The notes under the pieces: generated by a model | Databases searched by the model: none | Seen by the model: only the letters and a program-made list of their open reading frames with translations | Told to the model about the DNA's origin: nothing | Shown here: piece by piece, positions 39,391 to 51,809 of the stretch | How the letters are laid out: every line of letters begins with the position of its first letter | Numbering within the stretch: position 1 is the first letter of the stretch | Origin: the human T2T-CHM13v2.0 reference genome, Homo sapiens | Length of the DNA: 64,000 bases | Reading direction: 5' to 3' (one strand) | NCBI RefSeq assembly: GCF_009914755.1 | Contig: NC_060935.1 | Translations under genes and position numbers: made by a program

Positions 39391-41302
39391 AACCTTGGAC
39401 ATCTTTTCCCATCTGCCAATAAGTCTGCACAAGTGGCGTGTGGCAGTCCCTCTAATGGCTGTGCCCGACTTCCCGGTCTGATCCTCCTTGATGGCTCCTT
39501 TCTTGGGTTTAACTCCGTGGGTCGCATTTCCTGCACAGCCATTGGCTGCCGGCCACTACTGCCACCTTTGTCTTAGAGAATTTAATTTGGTCATTAGTCT
39601 ACCTATTGTGGTGCATGGACTAGCCCCACCCTCCTTGAGGTGTTCAGGACAAAGAACGCAGAACTGATACCAGCAATATTGTTAAAAAATGCTTAAGGAT
39701 TTTATAAGACTTTTTAAAAAATAATATCATATTTTTTAAAAATATTAATTTTACCATTGGAAATCAGATAATCCTATATTTCAGAATCTGGTCTCAGAAC
39801 CAGGACATGGGTTGTCTATGTACAATAACACTCAATTTCACAGGAAAGGGTTAATACTAAGCTCAGAGCTTTGCAGGTCCCATTATCTCCAGGGTGTTCC
39901 AATATAAGGTGTTGCAAAGATCTCCCTCTGGATGTTGTGACCACGGTACAAAACCCACCCTCATAAGCAAATGGAATTCAGAAGAATGTGAAGGGAGATT
40001 TGCTTACTTCTGCAGGTGTTTCTGCTGGTAGGTAACATTTTGGAATTATGGATTCTGATCTGTGGCTGAGAACAATGAAAAGAGCAGAAGATGATAAAAT
40101 AGGGGAAAGAAAAGAAAACCTTCTTATTGAGGGAAGTGGATAAGAGAGCTTACTGTAAGAATTTGTTGGCATAATTTCATATACACTTGAGCAACTACTA
40201 CCTTCAATTGTTTCTTATACATCTTACACAATCTTTGTGTGAAGCTCTGACATCTTTTGATACTTTTGCCATTCTGTGCACTAGAGCTCTTCACAGCCAG
40301 GTAGTGATCTATCAAATTTCTTTCCCTTCATGTTTTCTGTGTATTTCTCACTGTTCCCTCTCCTTTAGTCCTTCTAACTTAATCTAAAGATTAGATAAAT
40401 GGTCCCAACCCAGGCCCATGTTTGACACGGAGAAAAAACCATAATTGAAGTTACCTTAAACCATTCAGAAATTATCCCTCTCCAGTATAACACAACCAAA
40501 TTACATGCTACTTTTCTCTGACAGAAAGTAGTCCCAATCATTTTTCAATGGTGCAGTTTCCAAATGTGTGATACAATTTATGTGCAAATGTCAAATGATA
40601 AGAATAATCATTTGTACTGGATTATAAACATTAAAAATGCTACCAAAATATTTATATGCAGATAAAGTATCAGGATTGAATGTCTGCCAAATTAGGTAAA
40701 GGATTGCCTGACAAACTGTATAAGCAAGTTCACTATAGCTTTTTACTTTGTCATGTTCTCATCAATAGGATAACCAGTCACTGTAATACACTTTTTTGAT
40801 GAGACATCTCGAGTCAGACATACCTTGCAAAGCTCTTGCAATGCAGGCATTTTACTCTCATTTCATAGGTATGGAGTCTTAGACTTAAAGAAGAAAAATA
40901 ATGTGTTCAATATTACATGGAAATGAGAAACAAAACATAGACTCAATTCCTAGTGTTGGTTTCTAAACATTATTCCATTTTCATATACTAGGCCCTGTTA
41001 AGTTAGCTAAACCAAACTCACAAAGAAGAAATCTGAATATAGGATTCTGTCACATGTCTTTCACCAGTCTCCTCAATTCCAACACCACATCTTGCATATA
41101 GTCACCACTGATGAAATTAGGATAGTTTTCCAAATAGTTATTTTTTTCTGAGTTACTCCTCTTCTGTTTCCCAATTTGCTTGTTTTGGAATAATTATCTT
41201 AACTCAATTTCCTTTTCTTCTCCCTATACCTGATCAATTTCTACTTTCTAAGATTTCTTAAGAAATTTGCCCAACACCCAAGCTGCAGTGCACCCTTCCA
41301 AG

Positions 41303-41306
<4 letters not shown>

Positions 41307-41336
<30 letters not shown>
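41307..41336. repeat. (AC)15 microsatellite
   Basis: Seen directly. Confidence 0.95.
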
Positions 41337-41340
<4 letters not shown>

Positions 41341-42470
41341 GTGTGAAAGAGTTTTTAATCACAGTGTGCTTGACCACAGTTTTATAAAGATAAGATACAT
41401 CATAGCAACACTTAATATAGCAAGACAAATGCTAGACTCACTATCAGGAAGTGGTGTGTACAAATTAACTTACTTTGCCTGACAACTTTGTGATGTTTCA
41501 TAAACTTGAACACTAATGTTTGTGTGTGTACATGTTCGTAAATCTGTTTCTTTCTTGACAGTTATCAGCAGAAAGACAATTAGAAATAGCAAGGTTAATC
41601 AACAGATCTGAAATGAAGAGGGATATGTGCATTCCATTGTAAGTAGACCCAGAGTAAGAAGATTATCTTGAGAGGGTTATCCAGAGTAAGAGGTTTCATT
41701 AATAAGACCTCAAGGCAGGGTTCCTCTCTAATATTGGCACCCACAAGAAAGGAGAGATTGGAAGATGACTTGGAATGAGAAATGGACTTGCAGACTTAAA
41801 CGATAAAACACCTGCACACATCCAAAATTATCTTAGACTGTTCCAGTTGGATACATTTGTGGTTTCTTCGAAGAGTGGATTACATATTCTCAGCTCATAA
41901 ATGTGAACTATAATGGGTCTGGTCATATTTAAATCATGTGTCTACTTATTTGTCCATAATGTATGTATCTATGAATTAAGCAGTTTCTCCATTAAACAAT
42001 GTTAAAATATTTTCAGGAGAATCTTATGTGCATCTAAAGTAGTAAGGGAACAATTTTATCTCACCAATATTTTATAAGTTTACATTGCTGATTTGGGTAA
42101 CTGTTACAACTACTAACACTAACTTTAAACCACTATGTTGCATCAGAAAATAAACCTTTAGTTCATCTTTTGCAATCAGTCACAGCATATAATCTGGTAC
42201 TTACGTGGTAGATAATTAATGTTTGTTGAACTAAAATATTGAATTTACTTGAATGAATCTAATGAAGTACATTTAAATCTTTGGCCACATGTTACCATTA
42301 AATTGTACGTACTTTCAAGCCTCTATGATGCAGAAATATAGCAGATATTAGTTTCACTGATTTCTTTGTTTTCTGTGTGCACTAAGCAAGGATAAGGCCC
42401 ACTCAGTGAACGAGAGACATTTAGTTTATAATATATCTTAGCATAAAAAGTTCCCAGAAGAACAGCCTCA

Positions 42471-43397
42471 ATGAATACCACTCTATTTCATCCTTACTCT
42501 TTCCTTCTTCTGGGAATTCCTGGGCTGGAAAGTATGCATCTCTGGGTTGGTTTTCCTTTCTTTGCTGTGTTCCTGACAGCTGTCCTTGGGAATATCACCA
42601 TCCTTTTTGTGATTCAGACTGACAGTAGTCTCCATCATCCCATGTTCTACTTCCTGGCCATTCTGTCATCTATTGACCCGGGCCTGTCTACATCCACCAT
42701 CCCTAAAATGCTTGGCACCTTCTGGTTTACCCTGAGAGAAATCTCCTTTGAAGGATGCCTTACCCAGATGTTCTTCATCCACCTGTGCACTGGCATGGAA
42801 TCAGCTGTGCTTGTGGCCATGGCCTATGATTGCTATGTGGCCATCTGTGACCCTCTTTGCTACACGTTGGTGCTGACAAACAAGGTGGTGTCAGTTATGG
42901 CACTGGCCATCTTTCTGAGACCCTTAGTCTTTGTCATACCCTTTGTTCTATTTATCCTAAGGCTTCCATTTTGTGGACACCAAATTATTCCTCATACTTA
43001 CGGTGAGCACATGGGCATTGCCCGCCTGTCTTGTGCCAGCATCAGGGTTAACATCATCTATGGCTTATGTGCCATCTCTATCCTGGTCTTTGACATCATA
43101 GCAATTGTCATTTCCTATGTACAGATCCTTTGTGCTGTATTTCTACTCTCTTCACATGATGCACGACTCAAGGCATTCAGCACCTGTGGCTCTCATGTGT
43201 GTGTCATGTTGACTTTCTATATGCCTGCATTTTTCTCATTCATGACCCATAGGTTTGGTCGGAATATACCTCACTTTATCCACATTCTTCTGGCTAATTT
43301 CTATGTAGTCATTCCACCTGCTCTCAACTCTGTAATTTATGGTGTCAGAACCAAACAGATTAGAGCACAAGTGCTGAAAATGTTTTTCAATAAATAA
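42471..43397 (+). CDS. OR52E1: Olfactory receptor 52E1, open 308-aa allele with degenerate motifs
   Basis: [11 protein letters not shown] (sequon NTT), LHHPMFYFL and KAFSTCGSH are present, but it also has IDP, MAYDCY, PLCY, HTYGEH and LNSVIY; protein recognised. Confidence 0.92.
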
Positions 43398-45959
43398 AAC
43401 ATAGCTCATTTATAAATATCAGATTGATTATCAATATTATAAATAATCATATTTACAATGAAAGTGGCATGAATTTTCTATGTTCAAAATAATAACAGAA
43501 CATTTGGAAAGTATTTAGGACCATCTTAGGGGAGGACTGAAAATGGCAATCATTTGGCAGGTGCTACCCAGAAATGGAAAGGTAAGCCCATGTCAAATGG
43601 ATAGTTAAGAATGTTTTCTAATATTCCATTGTTGGGACATGATTCAGATTCCTAATATGAAATAATATGAACACGTTGTCCTGCATCCTTTATGACTGAG
43701 CATAGCATAGCCATAGGCAATTTAAAGCAAATTCAAACAAAAAACCAGAAACAAGCCAACAAAAAAACACTATAAAGCCCTTTATATCTTGAGTTTAAAC
43801 AAAAATATCGAGGCATCCCAGTAAGTGCTGGTTCTATACAATAAACATTGGAGGATTTTCCATATACCTGGACTATCAAAAATAATGTTATTTTTGACTT
43901 TGCCATAATAACGTTGGAAGGCATAAAATTGATACTATGAATATGATAGCTATGTAAAAAGCTTGAGGTCTTCCACCATAAAGAGAATAGCAGAAACTTA
44001 GAAATCTTGGTAAATTTGTAGTCCTTTTTTTACAGAAAAAAAAAAAATAGTCGTGTTGTATTTTTTACGTGGTGGACAAGTTTTTATAAAATCTAACTTA
44101 CTGATAGTTCTTTGAAAACGAACTGTTCTTTTCCAAACAATATTGTTTATGTGTCTTTTTTTGTGCCATCCCTTAGAGAAGTTTCACTTTTATGGAATGT
44201 CAAAAGTCCAACTGATCTTCTAAGTCTATCACTACCTAAGTGTTTTTTGTTGTTATTGTTGATTGTTGTTTGTTTTAATGAAAGTTTAGTTCCATGTGAT
44301 ATAATTCAGTGCTCTCCAGGTCCATGTGACATTACTGACATTATGAATAGACAGATTCAAGAGAAAATGTGATCGTGAAATTTGGAAAATTCTAACTTTC
44401 TAACAATGTATTTATTGCAGGACCTCTCAGACTTTTTAATTTACAAATACTCATTTGAAACTTTGAATCAAGATTGGTGTCAGAGTGCTCTTCTTAGGCC
44501 ATCCCATGACACATATTCTATAGAATGCACTTTTTAAAAAAATCCTACTTATTGTTATTATAATGGAAAATATGTCAAATATTCTTAGGGGTGGATATGT
44601 ATTAATTAACATTACACCCTGGACTAGAAAATCTACGAAAAAAGTCAGTTATACTGTGTATTTATAGGCATTATACTTACACATTAATTATGTAAATATA
44701 GACTTTTCCTGGACCCCAACTGTGAGACTGAACTCATCGTTTACCTATTCATTTATTCTGTTGTATTGCTTCAGCCTCAATCCTAGGCTAGCACCATGTT
44801 CCTGGGCCTTGGAGGTGAAAAGTTCTCAGTGAGTGATTCTGCCCCTCCCCAAGCTGCAGGAGACTTCAGATGATCCTGATTCATGCTGTGGTTACAGAAT
44901 GTATTTCTGCTCCTTTAAGGAACAATGATCTTCACATGTTCTGTTCCCCTGGTGGCTGAAGGCATTCGCTCCTCAGGGAAGAGGAGAAACAGGGAACTGG
45001 GTGAAGTGTGATTCCCATCCTTCTGTGGCTGCTATTCCCCTCTACCAGGTCTGTTCCATTAGGAACGCTTTTTCAGGCAGTCCTGCCTCCAGTCTTTCTA
45101 ACAATTACTTGGTAGAAGTCTAGGGAGGACAACCTGAGTGGGAATGAATTCCCTCATTTCATATTCTCACATAAGTCTATACTTCACTTTGAGGAATTTG
45201 CTTTAAAATTTTAGTAAATCCTTTTTACTGGCTTGTGTAGAATCTGACATCTGGCCCTAATAAACTAGGGATCATGTTCCAACTTTTCTTGAAGTTGTCT
45301 ATCTTTCTTTATGTTAGAATTAGTTGGTTGCTCTGTGATTTTAACTAGTTGATCAGTCCAAGAAAATTGCTAGTTTTTTTTTTATTGTACACTTTTTTTG
45401 GCCATAAGCTTTTGAGAGCAATGGTCTTCCAATGTATACATGCTAAATAAAAACAAGAAGTCCTGGTAGAAATTTTAAAGCATGCTGTAGCATTTAAGTG
45501 GAAGGGCATCTATATCCATTGGTAACTTCCTATAACTCTGTTTCTCCAAGGATGGGCTGTGAACCACTGAATCATAAATATTATGATGATTGTTGAAAAG
45601 CAGATGTTATGGAAATCACCACAGAAATTTTGAATCTGATTGCCTTACAGTAGACCCAAGCAATCTCTAAGAGGCTTCAAGCATTCTAAATTTGAGAACA
45701 ATCACTCCTGAAAGTTGAAAGTTGATTAATAATAATCATTTGACCATCAAAAGGAAATACCAGGATCATCTTTAGAAAGAGAGGTAGTTGCATGCAGAAT
45801 TGGCCAAACCAAAGCTGAACACCACTACCTCTATACCTCTACACAAACACACACACACACATGCACACACCTCTGACTTGGCCTAACCCACAGCAAACTT
45901 TGTTTTTACTTACCTGATATTCCTGATGTCTTGTATTCAGAAACTATTACTATTTCTAT

Positions 45960-46200
45960 ATAGTATAGTGGGTAAGAATATAAATCTAGTGTCAGACACC
46001 TTAGGTTCAAATCCTGGCTCCACCTTTACCATCTCTGTGACTGTGGAAAAATCAAATAATTTCTGTGTGTCTCTGTTTTCTTATTTGTAAAATAAGCATA
46101 TCAATATTAGAAATCTTGTCAGTTTGCAGGAGGAATTACTGAGGTTAAGGGATCTAAAAATTCAGAATGAACTAGCGGAATGTCAGCACCGTATAAATGT
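45960..46200 (+). mobile_element. MIR
   Basis: 'tatagtgggtaaga...gtcagacaccttaggttcaaatcctggctccac...tctctgttttcttatttgtaaaat'. Confidence 0.8.
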
Positions 46201-47810
46201 TATATGTTATACTGGAAAGAAATGTCTATGTATTTGAATCAACTTTATCAAACTACTGGAGCAACATGTTTCTCCCCACTCTTCATGTTCAAGTTATAAC
46301 CTTTCTCCGTATCCTGATTCACTATGTGCTAGGGAGAATGATAAGAATAATGAGAAAGGTAATAGATTTGCAAATTTGGCAAGCATAAACTGAGTAAGTT
46401 TAATTAAGCACCCCTCCCCTCAAACACACACACTCTTTTGGTAGTAAGTCTTTCTAAATAAGTTGTATGTGTTTCCTCATGCTCCGCCACGTGGTAAATC
46501 TTCCCATTCTGATGAGAAATATATGCCTGACTCTGGGGGTTACTTACGGTGTTCACTGGCTCTCAAGCCAAACAAAGTCCTTTACAATAGCTTTAATCAC
46601 TAAGAAATATTATATCTAGAATTCATCCTTCATTATTTTATTTTATCTCAATCTCTTCAGAAATCATATGGGAAAGAAAGGCTATATTTTTGTGTGTCCA
46701 ACACTGAGATCCTGCAAATCATTACAAATGTTGCCTTAAGTATAATTGTATTTCCAGCGAATTCTGGTTAGTAATTAAACACTGACTAAATGAATCTAAC
46801 TAAAGTGAAGGTGGTCATGGAGAATGGTATGAGCAGTAGTAACAATTTTGACAGCTGAGTCTGTGAGAAGCTGTGTTGCTGAAAGCCCCATTCAATGACA
46901 TTCAGCTGTATATAAAATAGTTGTGAGATTACAGAAAAGTTATTTCTTTAGAGGTAGACTTCAAATCTCAAGTTCTCTATTCAGTAACCCATCAAATATG
47001 AGTGTGCTGAGCTATTTATTATCTGGATTTCTATGATAACCCCCAAATATTGCGAGGGTTGAGTGATTATGCATACAGAATGTACAGTAAAGAGCTGTGG
47101 ACCGCTTAATAATATTTATTCTCTTCATAATTTTTAGCTTGAGGGGTAAAGTACTTGATTAAAATATTTTTCCAGTGGTCAACTATTAATAACTTTTCTG
47201 TGCCTTAATTTGCTCAATTTTAGCTGCATATACAAGTTACCTAGAGAGTGTTAAAAACACAAGTGACAGAACACTACCCCCATTTCAGTTCTTCCTTCTC
47301 TAGTTTCACATGAACAAACTCTCATACAGTATGTAGACTTCTGTCTGTGTTGTTCACTTACTCTAATGCCTGTAAGATTTATCCACGTGAAACTACACAT
47401 ACCAAAAAAAAAGCAGCAAGATTTAATGATGGTCACAGAGAACACATAATTACCTACAAATTCATGGTAATTTGGCCCACCACACACTGATTAAAAGCAA
47501 AAATAGATTTCAGAAGATTATAGAAAATGACTTCAAAAGACTAAAAGAATGTAATAACTGGAAAGTAGAATTATGTAGCTAGAAAAATTTCATTCAGGAA
47601 TGAGGGTAAAATAAAGAAAACTTTAGATGAACATATAACAGAGAAGTTAGCACCAAAAGACTCTCAAGAAAGTGCTGAATTGTGTACCTGAGAAAGAAAG
47701 AACTTCAGCCAAGAAGGATAAACTGTGGCAAACAAAAAAAGTAAGTCTTATGATAAGACATACATGGCCAACCAAAGATCTATGATTATACATCATGTCG
47801 ATTTTAAACA

Positions 47811-47868
47811 TCTCTTCTTCTTCTTCTCCCTCTCCTTCTCCTTCCCCTTCTTCTTCTTCTTTCTTCTT
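47811..47868. repeat. (CTT)n-rich simple repeat
   Basis: Seen directly. Confidence 0.85.
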
Positions 47869-48991
47869 GCCGCTAATGATTCCCCATGAACTTTTTGCTT
47901 TGTTTTGTTTGTTTGTTTATTTTGAGAAAATAACACTTTGATAAAGAGTTCTACTTAGTAATATATCTGTCTCAAGATAATGATTGTAATAACCTTCATA
48001 CGTCTTAGCTAAAGAGCCTGTCAGGATTGAAATGAGCAACACCATTCTGGACATCATAAGGAAGGATAATAGGCATTATATAAAAATGCTTCTTCCTTTT
48101 GAAAATTTTTTAACATATCTGTACTCAGCATAGTGAATATAGAATAATCTTTATAGATCTGAAGAAAATATCATGAGACTATAAAATATGTAGTCATATC
48201 ATTTAAATGGCCAAATGTTGCTAATAAACTCAAACTGAATATTTTTTTATTATATATAAAACATATGATCTCAAGGTTTTAAATGTTTAAGATTTCAGGG
48301 AGGTACACTAGGCTTTTATCCATTGAAAACATTAAGAGATTTTTTTTGACACATGAAAAATGAATAAAATTCATCATCACACATTTTGTTAAGCAAATTT
48401 AATCATCATATTTAGTCATCATATATCAGAAAGAGTTGATAATAAAGTAAGATTTCCTTAAGAGGGGGGAAGGAGAAACAATGTAGGAATAAACTGAAAA
48501 ATAATTGCAGCATTTTAGAATAAATTCCAAAGTGTTGTCAAAATAGTCCCCAAAAAGACACAGTTCAAAGTCAGATTTTCTCATAGCCTCCTCTTCTTTT
48601 TTTTTTCCTTTCCTCTGCCCCATGACCCAAACCCTACTCTTCTTTTATTAATCTGGTTTCCAAATATGTTCAGATTGATATCTTCTATAATGGCAAGATT
48701 CAGATAGTTATGACAGTTGAAACTTTGAAATACACTGTTTGACAGTCATATTATTCAAATTATTAATTTCAAACAGTCTAACAAGATTCAAATGTCAAGT
48801 AATCAAATTCAAATATTTACCACTACTTGGTAAATATTTCTAAAGTGCATAGAAAATCTAAACTTATATCTGTTTAAACTTATAATTATGTTTAAATAAG
48901 TTACTTTCCACAGAAAAATCTTAGTTTTCTGATTATTAAAAGAGGGCCTTAATAAAAAGACCTTACATTCTAAGATAATACAATGTTTTGT

Positions 48992-49967
48992 TCAGATATT
49001 TCTCACCAACAAAAATGATTTACTTAGAGGCTTTGAAAAACTGAAAACTTTAAGGAACCTGTCCCAAATCCTTTTGGTTCTTACCCCATAGATAATGGGG
49101 TTCACCATGGGTGGGACAAGAAGATAGATGTTGGCCACAAATATGTGAAAATGGGGAGCCACATGGTGCCCAAACCTGTGGGTGAGAAACGAGAAGAAGG
49201 CTGGAGTATAGGATACTAAGATGACACAGACATGGGAGCCACAGGTGCCCAAAGATTTGAGCCGGGCATCTTTGGATGGGAGCTGGAAGACAGTGTGGAG
49301 TATGAGGACATAAGAATAAATGATCAATATAAAGTCTACCACCCCAGTAAGGAAGGCAACAATGAGGCTGTAGGCTCTGCGGAATTTTGTCTCAGCACAG
49401 GCAATCCTGATGAGGGCCATGAACTCACAGTAGGTGTGAGAAATGATATGGGTTCTGCAGTAGGGAAGCCAGCGTAGTAGGAAAGAGTGAGGACTGAGAA
49501 GTGCTATGCCCCTGAGAACAATAGCTAGGCCCACTCTCCCAATTACAGCGCGTGTCAGAATAGCTGAATGTCTTAATGGATTGCAAATGGCCACATATCG
49601 GTCAAAAGCCATGGCCAGGAAGAAGCCAGATTCCATGGTGGAGCAAGAGTGAATCAGGAACACGAGTGAGGCAGGTTTCAAAGCGAATCTCTCCATCATG
49701 GAACCAGAAGAGACTGAGAAGTTTGGGCACAGCTGTAGAACACACAACAAGATCAACTACAGCCAGCATGCATAGGAAGAGGTACATTGGCTCATGGAGG
49801 CTGGGCTCTGTCTCGATGATAAACAGAAGAGAGCCGTTTCCCAGTAGGGCCAACAGGTAGACCACACAAAAGGGGATGGAGATCCAGATGTGAGCAGCTT
49901 CCAACCCAGGAATGCCAATAAGAATAAAGGTTGATGGACGGGCATTGGTGTTATTGTATGCTGACAT
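48992..49967 (-). pseudogene. OR52S1P: Class I olfactory receptor pseudogene with a single 2-bp frameshift
   Basis: ATG at 49967 (MSAYNNTNARPSTF). The frame breaks at 'act c|gtg ttc ctg att cac' (49664/49663). The downstream frame has [31 protein letters not shown] and PPMVNPIIY. 976 nt + 2 = 326 codons. Symbol from remembered gene order, so less certain than the pseudogene call. Confidence 0.88.
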
Positions 49968-50689
49968 AACAAGGGTCAAATGTTTTTACTTTCTCTTCAT
50001 AAATTTTTCCTCAAAAGCAAACAAAAAAATAATTAATATATTTTGAAATCTGGTGGGTTAAGAAAGTTAAAGTAGAGGGAACTGTAGGTCATGGAGAAAT
50101 TACAATGTCTATAAAAATTTAGATAGAAATTATTTAATTATTTGACAGAGAGTCGTATATTATTACAGAGTTACTCTACCACAAAAAGGGTACTGTTAGA
50201 ACAACATTTTGAAAATCGTCTTCATCCTCTAATAGTTCTTTTTGTTTATGTGTTTGTTTTGTTTTCTTCTTTTTAGAAAAACAATTGATAATGTTCATCA
50301 GACACTCTCTTTACTATTACAGATATTTGTAGATTATAGGATCTCTATGATCAGGAAAAATAACCCTTAAGTCAGAGTACAATGTTGTCTGGTTTGGAAT
50401 ATGTATAGCAGACTGGACCTCAATGTTGAACTGAAATTATGAAACATAATTTAGCTTCTTAATTTGTTTGAAATTTCATACCCAAAGTTACTGCTTAATT
50501 TGGCTATTTGACCTTCAGTGTCTGTAGGGGATAGATATTCCCTTTTAAACATAAAAACAGCTATATGTGTCAAGAAAGCCTTGGAAAGTCTAAGGAATAT
50601 TATTTTTGAATTAGGACATATACTGGAGAAAATAGGAGTGTAGAAAAAATAAGATTATTTAACACTTATATAATAATACAATAAGTAAC

Positions 50690-50870
50690 ATTTCTAAGTT
50701 AGTTAGTCACTGATTATGACTCAGGTATTTTCCTGGGAACATTTTATGTATTAACTCATATAAATTTTATTCACCTTTTTAGATAAGGAAAGTTTAAGTA
50801 ACTTGTACAAGGTTATATAGCAGGTAAGTGATAGACCTAGTTTCTAGCTCAGACACTGATTCTGGAACCC
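50690..50870 (-). mobile_element. MIR
   Basis: 'ttttatgtattaactcat...agataaggaaagtttaagtaacttgtacaaggttatatagcaggtaagtg'. Confidence 0.7.
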
Positions 50871-51809
50871 CCATATGCAATTAAAAGGATGAATTGCCAT
50901 AATTAAGTGACAGTCTATACTTGTGAAGATACAGAGGATGGGAATGATTCTGTATATAATACTAGCAAATACAATCACCATTAATTTGAATATGACTACT
51001 TCTTGAAAGCTCTCCCCCTCACCATTTGTAAATGCCATAAAGAAGCTTGCCCAAATTATAGCCATCTCTTATTAGTTAACCTGTCCCCAATGCACTTACA
51101 CAAAGCAAAAGAGCTCTTACCTGAAAAAGACAATTAACATAACCAGACTTTCTCCATGTTACCCTGTTCTAATTAAAATTAGATTTATGTATATATCCTT
51201 GGGCTAATGCATTTTAACGTATTTCCCTTTTTTCCTTAAAAAACATTTTCTGTGCTTTTATCTATATTTGTGTTCCTATCAGCATTCTCATACTCCTCAT
51301 TCACTTTTACCTTCACTCTTTCTATTTAACTTTTCCTTTACACAATATAGATACATTTCCCCAATGGGAAATAGGTAGAGAATTTAGGTAAAGAAAAGAT
51401 TAACAATGATATTAATGCAAGTGTCCAAATACTTAAAATAGGTCTTACTTGCAATCAGGAAATTAAAAATTAAAATGAATATGACACAAATTATGCATTG
51501 TATTTAACAAATAAAATAACAAGATTGATTATAGCAAGAGTAAGTGAAGCTTGAGTTAAAAATAAACTCAAGAATAATTGGTAGGAGTGTAAATTGGCAC
51601 AACTTTTAGAGTAAGATTCGTAGTAACCATTATTATTATTAAAAATCATATTTCTGGCAAAAATAATTGACATCTTAGGTAATATTTTACATATATATAT
51701 CAAAATATATACAGTGATTCTCATTGGAAAACTGCCTATATTAGAATAAATATTTAATCACTCAAAATGTCCACAAATAAAATAATAGTTAAAGTGATAA
51801 TTCAAAGAA

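Noticed and set aside
39364-39542. ~59-aa minus-strand ORF (MAVQEMRPTELNPRK...) in the CpG-rich segment
   Set aside because: It resembles no protein I recognise and ends inside the Alu fragment. The hairpin also matches no snRNA, 7SK, vault or Y RNA that I recall.
48992-49979. 254-aa and 125-aa ORFs as two genes, or as a programmed frameshift
   Set aside because: They are two halves of one OR split by a 2-bp deletion. No slippery heptamer is visible at the break.
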